Shown here in pieces: positions 10,270-19,445 of a DNA stretch of 50,458 nucleotides (its first letter is position 1; the number at the start of each line of letters is the position of its first letter). The notes beneath the pieces were generated by a model that searched no databases, was not told the origin of the DNA, and worked only from the letters and a program-made list of their open reading frames with translations. Source of the stretch: Lachnospiraceae bacterium. Lineage in GTDB: Bacteria > Bacteroidota > Bacteroidia > Flavobacteriales > Flavobacteriaceae. A program made the position numbers and the translations under genes. Where the stretch lies: contig CAVBJB010000001.1 in assembly GCA_963595625.1 (NCBI GenBank), positions 1 to 50,458 of the forward strand, read 5' to 3'.

Positions 10270-11148
10270 TTATTGTTTACTGCTTAGGGACATTACATAT
10301 TTTTTAGGTGTAATGCCAAACTTCTTTTTAAAAGCAGAAATAAAATGGCTCGAAGTACTGTAACCAATTTTTAAACCGACTTCGTTTACATTATAAGATC
10401 CAGAATCTAATAATTGTCGAGCGTATTCTAACTTATAATCCAATAAAAAACCGTAAACAGAATCCCCGTATATTTGTTTAAAACCTAATTTAAGTTTCTT
10501 TAAAGTCAAACCTACTTGATCAGATAAATCTTGTAAACTTGGAGGCTCAGCCATGTTTGCAATAACAATTTCTTTAACACGCTTAAGTTTTAAAACATTT
10601 TCTTCGTCCACTAAAAACGGACATTGTTCCATATTAGTTGGGTCATCCGTTTTATTAAAAACTAAACTTAACAACTCATAAGCCTTGCCTTTATAATATA
10701 GATTTTTTATTGAAGGGTTTAAATTAAAATGAAACATCTGATTAAGAACTATAGCCATAGCAGGTGTTACACTTTCTTCCGTATAATATTTTTTATCGAT
10801 ATTTTCTTTCGATAAGAAAGGTATAGCGTGAGAAAAACTAGAAAATAAACTGTGGAATTTTGTAATAGAAATTAAAAGCGTAACAATCCAAGATTTTGGT
10901 TCTATTAATAAATGAATAGGTAATTCTTTTTGTGGATTATATAAAAGCAGAGCTTTTTCTTCCTTTAAATCCATTTGATAGGTGCCCTGATTAAAGATAA
11001 ACTTACCAGAACCCTTTAAAACAAAGTGAAATTGAAGTAAACTATGGGTCACATTACGTTGAATTGATTTTGCGATATCACTATCATTTTGTGATCGTAA
11101 CAATATAAAATCATCTTCAATCCTTATTTCTTCATGAAACTCATTCAT
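10270..11148 (-). CDS. AraC-family transcriptional regulator, divergent from hemA
   Basis: C-terminal double HTH (PPSLQDLS...LKLGFKQIYG...IGYSTSSHFISAFKKKFGITP). Confidence 0.93.
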   Translation of the reverse strand: MNEFHEEIRIEDDFILLRSQNDSDIAKSIQRNVTHSLLQFHFVLKGSGKFIFNQGTYQMDLKEEKALLLYNPQKELPIHLLIEPKSWIVTLLISITKFHSLFSSFSHAIPFLSKENIDKKYYTEESVTPAMAIVLNQMFHFNLNPSIKNLYYKGKAYELLSLVFNKTDDPTNMEQCPFLVDEENVLKLKRVKEIVIANMAEPPSLQDLSDQVGLTLKKLKLGFKQIYGDSVYGFLLDYKLEYARQLLDSGSYNVNEVGLKIGYSTSSHFISAFKKKFGITPKKYVMSLSSKQ

Positions 11149-11282
11149 AATAAAACCATTTATAGTAAATAAACATATTTAATTAAAAAAAATTGGGTAT
11201 TAACTATAAATAAACTCTATAATTTAATAAATTTTAATTAACCCATGTTATCTAAATTTAAGTAAAAAAGTAATTACTTTTG

Positions 11283-11290
11283 CAAATATA
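11283..11290 (-). promoter_or_regulatory. Bacteroidota -7 promoter element (TATATTTG) for araC
   Basis: Matches the TAnnTTTG consensus on the minus strand upstream of araC. Confidence 0.55.
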
Positions 11291-11347
11291 ACATGAACTT
11301 GTAGCGTTATTTTTAAAATTAAGATTTTTTTTATTTTTTAAAACTTA

Positions 11348-11364
11348 TTTAGATTAATTCTAAA
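11348..11364. promoter_or_regulatory. Palindromic operator candidate TTTAGA-N5-TCTAAA (putative iron-responsive box)
   Basis: Perfect 6-bp arms in the araC/hemA intergenic region; related sites upstream of fumarase and feoA. Confidence 0.5.
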
Positions 11365-11447
11365 CAAAGAGGTTTAGACCACCTTATTTTTCAGGTACTA
11401 ACCAAAAAACAACGCTAAAAGTAAAAATACAACCTAAAAAATCACGC

Positions 11448-11504
11448 AGCGTTACAAATAGACCTTTAAGCGTTATTTTTTTAAAAAAGGTAATAATACT
11501 TTTG
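11448..11504 (+). promoter_or_regulatory. hemA promoter: AGCGTTA direct repeats (11448, 11469) and a TACTTTTG -7 element (11497-11504)
   Basis: Exact 7-mers 21 bp apart; the second overlaps the expected -33 position. Confidence 0.6.
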
Positions 11505-11530
11505 TATCACATTTTGAATAAGTGTAAACG

Positions 11531-12790
11531 ATGGAAAATAATAACAACGCAAAGCATACTACTTTTTACGCAATTGGCCTTAGCTACAAAAAAGCGGATG
11601 CTGAGATGCGTGGTAAATTTAGCTTAGATCAAACAGCTAAACAAAAAGTATTAGAGCAAGCAAAAAGAGAAGGAATAGAGAGCTTAATTGTTATCTCTAC
11701 ATGTAATAGAACAGAAATCTATGGTTATGCACAACACCCTTTTCAATTAATAAAATTACTTACTGAAAACAGTAACGGAACTTTAGAGGAATTCCAAAAA
11801 ATTGCTTACGTTTTAAAAAATAACGAAGCAACAACTCACTTATTTAAAGTAGGAACAGGATTAGATAGTCAAATTTTAGGTGATTTCGAAATCATCGCTC
11901 AGGTAAAAAATGCTTTTATGGAGAGTAAAGCTATGGGCTTAACAAACTCCTATTTAGAGCGTTTAGCTAATTCTGTAATCCAAGCTTCTAAACGAATTAA
12001 AAACGAAACCGAAATATCATCTGGTGCTACTTCAGTATCTTTTGCATCGGTACAATATATCTTTAAAAACGTTCCCGATTTAGACAATAAAAACATTCTA
12101 CTTTTTGGAACCGGAAAAATTGGTCGTAATACGTGCGAAAACTTAGTTAAACACACTAAAAATGACCAAATTACATTAATTAACAGAACCCGAGATAAAG
12201 CTGAAAAAATTGCAGGTAAATTTGATTTAATTGTTAAAGATTATGCAGATTTACAAACTGAAATTCAAAGAGCAGATGTTTTAGTAGTTGCCACAGGTGC
12301 ACAAAACCCAACGGTAGATAAAACAATTTTAAACTTAAAAAAACCGCTTTTAATTTTAGATTTATCCGTTCCTAAAAATGTAAATGAAAACGTGTTAGAA
12401 AATCCTATGGTTACGTTAGTACACATGGATCAACTTTCACAAATCACGGACGAAACTTTAGAGAATAGAAAAAAACACATTCCGCATGCGGAACAAATTA
12501 TAAAAGAAGTTCAAGACGAATTTATTGATTGGACTAAAGCTCGAAAATTTGCTCCAACTATTAATGCTTTAAAAGATAAATTAAACGCTATGAAGGATAG
12601 CGAACTTAACTTTCATCGCAAAAAAATGTCAAATTTTGACGAACAACAAGCGGAATTAATCAGTAATCGCATCATTCAAAAAATTACCTCACAGTTTGCA
12701 AGTCATTTAAAAGACGACAACACATCTGTAGATGAAAGTATTGAGTGGATTAGCAAAGTTTTTCAATTAGCAACTATTGACAATGAGTAA
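11531..12790 (+). CDS. hemA: Glutamyl-tRNA reductase
   Basis: STCNRTEIY, GLDSQILGD, GTGKIG, DLSVP. Confidence 0.96.
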   Translation: MENNNNAKHTTFYAIGLSYKKADAEMRGKFSLDQTAKQKVLEQAKREGIESLIVISTCNRTEIYGYAQHPFQLIKLLTENSNGTLEEFQKIAYVLKNNEATTHLFKVGTGLDSQILGDFEIIAQVKNAFMESKAMGLTNSYLERLANSVIQASKRIKNETEISSGATSVSFASVQYIFKNVPDLDNKNILLFGTGKIGRNTCENLVKHTKNDQITLINRTRDKAEKIAGKFDLIVKDYADLQTEIQRADVLVVATGAQNPTVDKTILNLKKPLLILDLSVPKNVNENVLENPMVTLVHMDQLSQITDETLENRKKHIPHAEQIIKEVQDEFIDWTKARKFAPTINALKDKLNAMKDSELNFHRKKMSNFDEQQAELISNRIIQKITSQFASHLKDDNTSVDESIEWISKVFQLATIDNE

Positions 12791-13709
12791 AGTAATTCGC
12801 ATTGGTACTAGAGATAGCGAACTAGCCTTATGGCAAGCTCATACTGTACAAAAAAAATTAAACGATTTAGGCTATAAAACAGAAATTGTAGCTGTAAAAT
12901 CTCAAGGAGATATCATTTTAGATAAACCTTTATATGAACTAGGTATTACTGGAATTTTTACTAAAACTCTAGATATTGCCATGTTAGCAGGTCAAGTGGA
13001 TATTGCGGTTCATTCCATGAAGGATGTTCCAACAGCACTTCCTCAAGGTATTGTACAAGCAGCGGTTCTAGAAAGAGCTAAAACTGTAGACATTTTAGTA
13101 CACAAAGGGAATTTAGATTTTCTTGAAACTCAAGGAACTATTGCTACAGGGTCTTTACGCAGAAAAGCGCAGTGGTTAAGCAAATATCCGCAACATAACG
13201 TGGAAGATTTACGTGGAAATGTAAATACACGTATGCAAAAACTACAAGACAACTCTTGGAATGGAGCTATTTTTGCAGCAGCAGGTTTAGAAAGAATCAA
13301 CCTAAAACCCTCTGAATTTATCGATTTAGATTGGATGATTCCAGCTCCAGCACAAGGCGCAATGCTTGTTGTAGCTATGGAAAATGATGATTTTACTTTA
13401 GATGCTTTATCGCATTTAAATGATATTGAAACTGAAATTGCTGTAGCTATTGAACGTCAATTTTTAAGAACTTTAGAGGGCGGATGTACAGCTCCAATTG
13501 GTGCAGTAGCTCGTTATAACGATATCGATGACACTATTGAGTTTAAGGGTTGTTTACATTCTTTAGACGGTTCTCAAAAATTCGAAATCAATAAAGTTGT
13601 TCCGATTGAAGAATGGAAGAAATTAGGTTTTAACTGTGCTAAAGAAATTTTAGATAACGGAGGAGCCCAATTAATGGAACAAATCAAGACACAAATAACT
13701 AAAAAGTAA
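12783..13709 (+). CDS. hemC: Hydroxymethylbilane synthase (porphobilinogen deaminase)
   Basis: IGTRDSELALWQA, AVHSMKDVP, LRGNVNTR, LEGGCTAP; ATG 12783 overlaps the hemA end. Confidence 0.97.
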   Translation: MSKVIRIGTRDSELALWQAHTVQKKLNDLGYKTEIVAVKSQGDIILDKPLYELGITGIFTKTLDIAMLAGQVDIAVHSMKDVPTALPQGIVQAAVLERAKTVDILVHKGNLDFLETQGTIATGSLRRKAQWLSKYPQHNVEDLRGNVNTRMQKLQDNSWNGAIFAAAGLERINLKPSEFIDLDWMIPAPAQGAMLVVAMENDDFTLDALSHLNDIETEIAVAIERQFLRTLEGGCTAPIGAVARYNDIDDTIEFKGCLHSLDGSQKFEINKVVPIEEWKKLGFNCAKEILDNGGAQLMEQIKTQITKK

Positions 13710-14377
13710 TGCTTAAAGAAATCCGAGTTTTATCTACCAAAAAACTTCTTTTTAATCAAAAACAGTTTTTGCTTAATGCCGGATTTAGTGTTCTTGAGGC
13801 GGATTTTATTTCCATTAAAGAATTACCTTTTACATTACAAAATACACCTAGCTTGTTACTTTTTACCTCACAAAATGCTGTAAAAAGTGTACTTAAAAAC
13901 CCAAATAGTAATTTTTTAAAAACTGTTCCTTGCGTTTGCGTAGGTATAAAGACAAAAAATCTTTTAGAAAATTCTGGTTTTAAAGTACTAGCCATGAAAG
14001 AGTACGCCGAGGAATTAGCCCCTATAATACAAAGTAGTTTTAATACCTTTGAAATTGCTTTTTTTGCAGGAAATATTCGCAGAGATATACTTCCAAACGC
14101 TTTAAATCAAGCAGCTATTAATTTTACGGAATATACGGTTTACCAAAACTCTTCTTCCCAAATTAAAATTAATACACCAGTGGATGCTTTATTGTTTTAC
14201 AGCCCCTCTGGAATTAAAAGTTATTTAAAAGAAAATACAATTACCCATCAGGTTTGTTTTTGCATTGGTACAACAACTGCCCAAGCATTAAACGGAATTA
14301 CAAATAACATTGTAATTGCCAACCAACAAACCATTGAGAACGTAATTATACAATGCATAAATTATTATAAAAAATAG
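13709..14377 (+). CDS. hemD: Uroporphyrinogen-III synthase
   Basis: FTSQNAV, VGIKT, FYSPSGI, CIGTTTA; TAATG coupling to hemC. Confidence 0.9.
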   Translation: MLKEIRVLSTKKLLFNQKQFLLNAGFSVLEADFISIKELPFTLQNTPSLLLFTSQNAVKSVLKNPNSNFLKTVPCVCVGIKTKNLLENSGFKVLAMKEYAEELAPIIQSSFNTFEIAFFAGNIRRDILPNALNQAAINFTEYTVYQNSSSQIKINTPVDALLFYSPSGIKSYLKENTITHQVCFCIGTTTAQALNGITNNIVIANQQTIENVIIQCINYYKK

Positions 14378-14423
14378 TTCGTAGCTGGTAACTGTTAGCT
14401 ATCTACTGTAAACTTATCAAAAT

Positions 14424-15449
14424 ATGTTAAAAAACGATTTATTTCTAAGAGCTCTTAAAGGAGAAACGGTTGAAAGACCTCCGGTATGGATGATGCGTCA
14501 AGCAGGACGTTATTTACCAGAATTCCGTGCATTACGTGACAAGTATGATTTCTTTACACGTTGTAAAACTCCTGAATTAGCTTCAGAAATTACCGTTCAA
14601 CCTATCCGTATCGTTAAACCAGATGCAGCTATTTTATTTTCTGATATCTTAGTTGTACCTCAAGCCATGGGAATCGATGTAGAGTTAAAAGATAACATCG
14701 GGCCAATTATCCCTAACCCAATCCGTTCTATGAAGGATGTAGAGCAAGTTTACATTCCGGACATCAATGAAAGTTTAGGTTACGTTATGGACGCTATTGA
14801 CATGACTAAAGACATGTTAAATAACGAAGTACCTTTAATTGGTTTTGCTGGTTCTCCATGGACAATTTTTTGTTATGCGGTAGAAGGTAAAGGATCTAAA
14901 TCATATGATAAAGCAAAAGGTTTCTGTTTTTCTGAACCTGTAGCTGCACATGCTTTATTACAAAAAATTACAGATACTACTATTCTTTATTTAAAAGAAA
15001 AAGTAAAACACGGAGTTAATGCTGTACAAATTTTTGATTCTTGGGGAGGTATGTTATCTCCAGTAGATTATCAAGAATTCTCTTGGAAATACATCAACCA
15101 AATCGTTGAGGCTTTAGCTGACGAAATTCCAGTAATTGTATTTGGAAAAGGTTGTTGGTTTGCTCTTGGAGATATGGCTAAATCTAAAGCATCTGCATTA
15201 GGAGTAGACTGGACATGTTCACCAAAAACAGCTCGTGCGTTAACAGGTGGAAATATCACATTACAAGGAAACTTTGATCCTTCTCGTTTATTATCACCAA
15301 TTCCAACCATCAAGAAAATGGTTCATGAAATGATTGACGAATTTGGAAAAGAAAAATACATTGTAAACTTAGGACATGGTATTTTACCTAACATTCCGGT
15401 AGATCACGCAAAAGCATTTATCGAAGCGGTAAAAGAATATAACAAATAA
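14424..15449 (+). CDS. hemE: Uroporphyrinogen decarboxylase
   Basis: [35 protein letters not shown]. Confidence 0.97.
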   Translation: MLKNDLFLRALKGETVERPPVWMMRQAGRYLPEFRALRDKYDFFTRCKTPELASEITVQPIRIVKPDAAILFSDILVVPQAMGIDVELKDNIGPIIPNPIRSMKDVEQVYIPDINESLGYVMDAIDMTKDMLNNEVPLIGFAGSPWTIFCYAVEGKGSKSYDKAKGFCFSEPVAAHALLQKITDTTILYLKEKVKHGVNAVQIFDSWGGMLSPVDYQEFSWKYINQIVEALADEIPVIVFGKGCWFALGDMAKSKASALGVDWTCSPKTARALTGGNITLQGNFDPSRLLSPIPTIKKMVHEMIDEFGKEKYIVNLGHGILPNIPVDHAKAFIEAVKEYNK

Positions 15450-15450
15450 T

Positions 15451-15489
15451 AAAATCCTACAAGGTTTACGAATCTTGTAGGATTTTTTT
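15451..15489 (+). terminator. Intrinsic terminator between hemE and hemF
   Basis: AAAATCCTACAAGGTT-TACG-AATCTTGTAGGATTTT followed by more T. Confidence 0.75.
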
Positions 15490-15520
15490 CTTACAAGAGA
15501 TATACCTTAATTTCTACAAA

Positions 15521-16423
15521 ATGAAAGAAAAATTTTATCAATATATCCAGCAATTACAAGATACCATTACTTCTAAATTAGAAGAAATAGACGGTGTTGC
15601 TAAATTTCAACAAGATTTATGGGAGCGACCAGAAGGTGGCGGTGGTAGAACACGCGTTATCGAAAACGGAGCTATTTTTGAAAAAGGTGGAGTAAATATA
15701 TCTGCTGTTGAAGGTCATTTACCAGAAGCGATGCAAAAAGCGTTTAACGTAGGTGATGTTGATTTTTTTGCTTGCGGATTAAGTTTGGTTTTACATCCTA
15801 AAAACCCAATGGTTCCTACAGTTCACGCCAATTGGAGGTATTTTGAAATGTATGATAAAACAGGAACTAAAGTAGGTTCTTGGTTTGGAGGAGGTCAAGA
15901 TTTAACGCCGTATTATTTATTTGAAGAAGATGCGATTCATTTTCACCAAGTATGTAAAAATGCGTGCGACAAACACAATCCAGAATTTTATCCAAAATAC
16001 AAAAAAGTATGTGATGAATATTTCTGGAACACTCACCGTCATGAAGCGCGTGGAATTGGAGGTTTATTCTTTGACCATTTAGTGGAAACGGATGAAATGT
16101 CAATGGAAAACTGGTACGATTTCGTAACAGAAGTAGGTAATAGTTTCTTAGAAAGTTACGTTCCAATTGTAGAACGTAGAAAAGATTTAGCATACTCAGA
16201 AGCAAACAGAACGTGGCAAGAAATTCGTAGAGGTCGTTATGTTGAATTTAATTTAGTTCACGATAGAGGAACTATTTTCGGATTAAAAACCAACGGACGT
16301 ATCGAATCGATTTTAATGAGTTTACCACCACACGTACAATGGGTGTACGATCATCATCCAGAACCAGGAAGCGAAGAAGAGAAATTGATTAAGGTATTAG
16401 CTGAACCGAAAGCTTGGTTGTAA
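15521..16423 (+). CDS. hemF: Oxygen-dependent coproporphyrinogen-III oxidase
   Basis: FEKGGVN, WFGGGQDLTP, RGIGGLFFD, RRGRYVEFNL, GRIESILMSLP. Confidence 0.97.
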   Translation: MKEKFYQYIQQLQDTITSKLEEIDGVAKFQQDLWERPEGGGGRTRVIENGAIFEKGGVNISAVEGHLPEAMQKAFNVGDVDFFACGLSLVLHPKNPMVPTVHANWRYFEMYDKTGTKVGSWFGGGQDLTPYYLFEEDAIHFHQVCKNACDKHNPEFYPKYKKVCDEYFWNTHRHEARGIGGLFFDHLVETDEMSMENWYDFVTEVGNSFLESYVPIVERRKDLAYSEANRTWQEIRRGRYVEFNLVHDRGTIFGLKTNGRIESILMSLPPHVQWVYDHHPEPGSEEEKLIKVLAEPKAWL

Positions 16424-16447
16424 TCTAATAGTTTACTAGAACTACTA

Positions 16448-16599
16448 GTCATCCTCAACTTCTTTCAGGATATCAATAAAGAGAATGAGAAGCTGAACTA
16501 AATTCAGCTTGGAAGTATTATTTTAGATCATCTTGTCATTCCGACGAAGGAGGAATCTAAAAGATTCTTCACTCCATTACATTCCGTTCAAAATGACAA
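16448..16599. repeat. REP/REPIN-like palindrome cluster in the hemF-hemB spacer
   Basis: Inverted doublet TTGTCATTCCGACGAAGGAGGAATCT (16533-16558) / AGATTCTTC...AAATGACAA (16562-16599), plus degenerate GTCATCCT..AGGAT and AAGCTGAA..TTCAGCTT hairpins. Confidence 0.75.
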
Positions 16600-16660
16600 A
16601 TATTAATAAAACCATCTAATAACTCAATTCTAAAAGCTATTAGCTAAAAAAATAAACAAA

Positions 16661-17659
16661 ATGTTCCCATTACACAGAGGTAGAAGATTAAGACAAAACG
16701 AATCAATAAGAAGTTTGGTTCGTGAAACAAGTTTAAGTCCAGCAGATTTTATGTTCCCAATGTTTATTGTGGAAGGTGAAAATCAACAAATCGAGATTCC
16801 ATCAATGCCTGGAATTTACCGTCGCTCTATAGATTTAACGGTAAAAGAAGTTCAAGAGTTATTTGATTTAGGAATTCGTGCTGTAAATATTTACGTAAAA
16901 GTAAGCGACGATTTAAAAGACAATACAGGTAAAGAAGCTTGGAACCCAGAAGGGTTAATGCAACGTGCCATTCGCGCTATTAAAGCGGCTGTACCAGAAA
17001 TGATCGTTATGCCAGACGTAGCATTAGATCCTTATTCTATGTACGGACACGACGGTATCATTAAAAACGGTGATATCGAAAACGATTCGACTGTTGAAGC
17101 TTTAGTAAAAATGGCTGTTTCACATGCAGAAGCTGGAGCTGATTTCGTAGCGCCTTCTGATATGATGGACGGACGTATTTTACGTTTACGCGAAGGTTTA
17201 GACAAAGCAGGATTTGTGAATGTTGGTATTATGAGTTATTCTGCAAAATACGCATCTGCGTTTTACGGACCTTTCCGTGATGCACTAGACTCTGCACCTA
17301 AAGAAACAGGTGAAGTTGTTCCTAAAGACAAAAAAACATACCAAATGGATTATGCCAACCGTATCGAAGCTATTAAAGAAGCGGTTTGGGATGCAGAAGA
17401 AGGTGCTGATATGGTTATGGTAAAACCGGGAACTGCTTATTTAGATATTGTTCGTGAGGTAAAAGACAATGTAAATATTCCTGTAGCTGTTTATCACGTT
17501 TCGGGTGAATATGCTATGATCAAAGCAGCTGCTGAAAAAGGTTGGTTGGATCACGACAAAATTATGATGGAGCAATTGATGTGTATTAAACGTGCAGGCG
17601 CAAGTTTAATTTCTACTTATTTTGCAAAAGAAGCGGCAATTTTATTAAACCAAAAATAA
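16661..17659 (+). CDS. hemB: Porphobilinogen synthase (ALA dehydratase), Asp-rich type without the Zn-binding Cys triad
   Basis: APSDMMDGR, SAKYASAFYGPFRDA, MVKP, VSGEY; metal site reads DVALDPYSMYGHDG. Confidence 0.97.
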   Translation: MFPLHRGRRLRQNESIRSLVRETSLSPADFMFPMFIVEGENQQIEIPSMPGIYRRSIDLTVKEVQELFDLGIRAVNIYVKVSDDLKDNTGKEAWNPEGLMQRAIRAIKAAVPEMIVMPDVALDPYSMYGHDGIIKNGDIENDSTVEALVKMAVSHAEAGADFVAPSDMMDGRILRLREGLDKAGFVNVGIMSYSAKYASAFYGPFRDALDSAPKETGEVVPKDKKTYQMDYANRIEAIKEAVWDAEEGADMVMVKPGTAYLDIVREVKDNVNIPVAVYHVSGEYAMIKAAAEKGWLDHDKIMMEQLMCIKRAGASLISTYFAKEAAILLNQK

Positions 17660-17660
17660 G

Positions 17661-18047
17661 ATGAAACACCTTATATTACTTTTAAGTTTTGCTTTAACTA
17701 TTGTTTCTTGTGGTAAAACAGAAGAAAAAAAAGAAGCGCTTTATCCTGAAAAAGAATTAAGTGCAGAGGAGCAAAAAATTGCTTGGGGTAAAGAACTTTT
17801 TGAAGGATCTAAGGCTACTTGTTACAGTTGCCACAGACCAGATAAAAAAGTTATTGGACCAAGTATTGCTGAGATTGCTAAAATCTACAAAGAACAAAAT
17901 GGAGACATGAAAGCTTTTTTATTAGAGAAAGCTGAGCCAATTGTAGATCCTAAGCAATACGCAACCATGAAAACAAATTTTAATGTAACTAAAAATCTTC
18001 CGGAAGAAGAGTTAGAGGCTATAATTGCTTATATGATGAGTTACTAA
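17661..18047 (+). CDS. Lipoprotein monoheme c-type cytochrome
   Basis: Lipobox IVSC, single CYSCH, IGPS and a distal Met. Confidence 0.88.
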   Translation: MKHLILLLSFALTIVSCGKTEEKKEALYPEKELSAEEQKIAWGKELFEGSKATCYSCHRPDKKVIGPSIAEIAKIYKEQNGDMKAFLLEKAEPIVDPKQYATMKTNFNVTKNLPEEELEAIIAYMMSY

Positions 18048-18065
18048 ACTTTATATTTTAAATTG

Positions 18066-18095
18066 AAGTCAGCTTTTATAAGCTGACTTTTTTTT
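18066..18095 (+). terminator. Intrinsic terminator after hemB-cytochrome c
   Basis: AAGTCAGCTT-TTAT-AAGCTGACTT followed by a T tract. Confidence 0.85.
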
Positions 18096-18113
18096 GCCCA
18101 AGCCTTTACTCTT

Positions 18114-18196
18114 AGCCCTGATAGAGCCGGTATCCTTTTTAAAAGATTTTTACGTTATGTATGTTGTCTTTTAAAAAGATAAAGGCGAAAGCAGGA
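18114..18196 (+). repeat. Solo Flavo-1-like structured element
   Basis: CCTG-ATAGA-GCC-GGT-ATCCTTTTT...AAAAAGAT-AAA-GGC-GAAAG-CAGG; same architecture as the units at 1-540 and 48034. Confidence 0.75.
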
Positions 18197-18272
18197 ACGA
18201 ACCAAAATTTTAAACCCAAATGTTAACTGCTTCTTAAAAAAATTAATTATATTTATGTAAACACTTGTAATT

Positions 18273-19445
18273 ATGCGATTTATTTGGAAATTCTTTAAAG
18301 TAGTTGTCCTACTTATTATAGTACTTATTGCCGGGCTTTATTTAACCAATACAAACTATTTAATTAAAGCTGTGAGTACCATTTACCTAAACGGTTATAA
18401 AACGGCTTTTTTAGACGATTACAACTATTTTGATAATAGAAAAGTAAAAGCAGGTACGCCACAACCTTGGGATATGGCTACAGATTACAATAGCGTTGAG
18501 GAAACTAAAGAACTTTTAGACACACATGTTGGATTAAAAACAACCGCATTTGTCATAATTAAAAACGATAGTATTTGGCACGAAAGTTATTTTGACGGTT
18601 ATGGAAAAGATAGTAAAAGTAACTCGTTCTCTATGGCTAAAAGTATAACTTCTGCGGCTTTGGGTAAAGCGCTGGAAGAAGGTTTTATTAAAAGTTTGGA
18701 TCAAAAAGTGGTAGATTTTTTCCCAGATTTAAAAGGTCCATACGCAAAAGATGTAACCGTAGGTGACTTAAGTAGCATGAGCAGCGGGATGGAGTGGGAT
18801 GAACGTTATAGTGCTCCAACAAGTGTAACAACTAAGGCTTATTTTTACAATCATTTACGAGATATGATGCTTGAGATCCCCTTTGTAACACCTCCGGGTA
18901 AAAAATTTTCATACCAAAGCGGCGATACTCAATTGTTAGCCATGGTTATAGAAAAGGCAACGGGACAAAATTTGGCAAATTATGTGTCAGAAAAATTTTG
19001 GAAACCAATGGGAGCGGAGCATGAGGCGTTATGGCAATTGGATTCAGAAATTTCTGGATTAGAAAAGGCGTATTGTTGTTTTGCCTCTAACGCACGTGAT
19101 TTTGCACGTTTTGGAAAACTGTATAAAGATTTTGGAAAATGGAACGGAAAACAACTTTTAGATAGTAGTTTTGTAGCTAAAAGTATAGTGCCGCGCTTTA
19201 AAGATGGGCCAGAGTATGGTTACGGCTGGTGGTTGCATACGTATTTAAATAAAAAAATGTTTTATATGCGTGGTCATTTGGGTCAGTTTGTTATTGTTGT
19301 TCCTGAGGATGATTTAATTATTGTTAGATTAGGGCATATAAAAGGTTTACAAACAGAAACAGATCCTCATTCTAATGACTTTTATGTATATGTAGCAGAG
19401 GCTTATAAAATGCTTGAAAAACGTAATAACAAAAATGCAAACTAG
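18273..19445 (+). CDS. Serine hydrolase, beta-lactamase-related (family VIII esterase/NylB-like)
   Basis: N-terminal TM anchor, SMAK (SxxK), YQS, ARDFARFG, YGYGWW. Confidence 0.85.
   Translation: MRFIWKFFKVVVLLIIVLIAGLYLTNTNYLIKAVSTIYLNGYKTAFLDDYNYFDNRKVKAGTPQPWDMATDYNSVEETKELLDTHVGLKTTAFVIIKNDSIWHESYFDGYGKDSKSNSFSMAKSITSAALGKALEEGFIKSLDQKVVDFFPDLKGPYAKDVTVGDLSSMSSGMEWDERYSAPTSVTTKAYFYNHLRDMMLEIPFVTPPGKKFSYQSGDTQLLAMVIEKATGQNLANYVSEKFWKPMGAEHEALWQLDSEISGLEKAYCCFASNARDFARFGKLYKDFGKWNGKQLLDSSFVAKSIVPRFKDGPEYGYGWWLHTYLNKKMFYMRGHLGQFVIVVPEDDLIIVRLGHIKGLQTETDPHSNDFYVYVAEAYKMLEKRNNKNAN

Noticed and set aside
18118..18233. Hammerhead ribozyme (CTGATAGAG...CGAAA, with CTGCTT downstream)
   Set aside because: Core has an extra base, stem I cannot form, and CCTG covaries with CAGG (CCCG/CGGG elsewhere), so the CUGA bases are paired rather than catalytic
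18273..19445. Beta-lactam resistance gene (also the MBL-fold gene at 5177)
   Set aside because: Motifs fit esterase-like and NAPE-PLD-like relatives; fold membership alone does not support resistance
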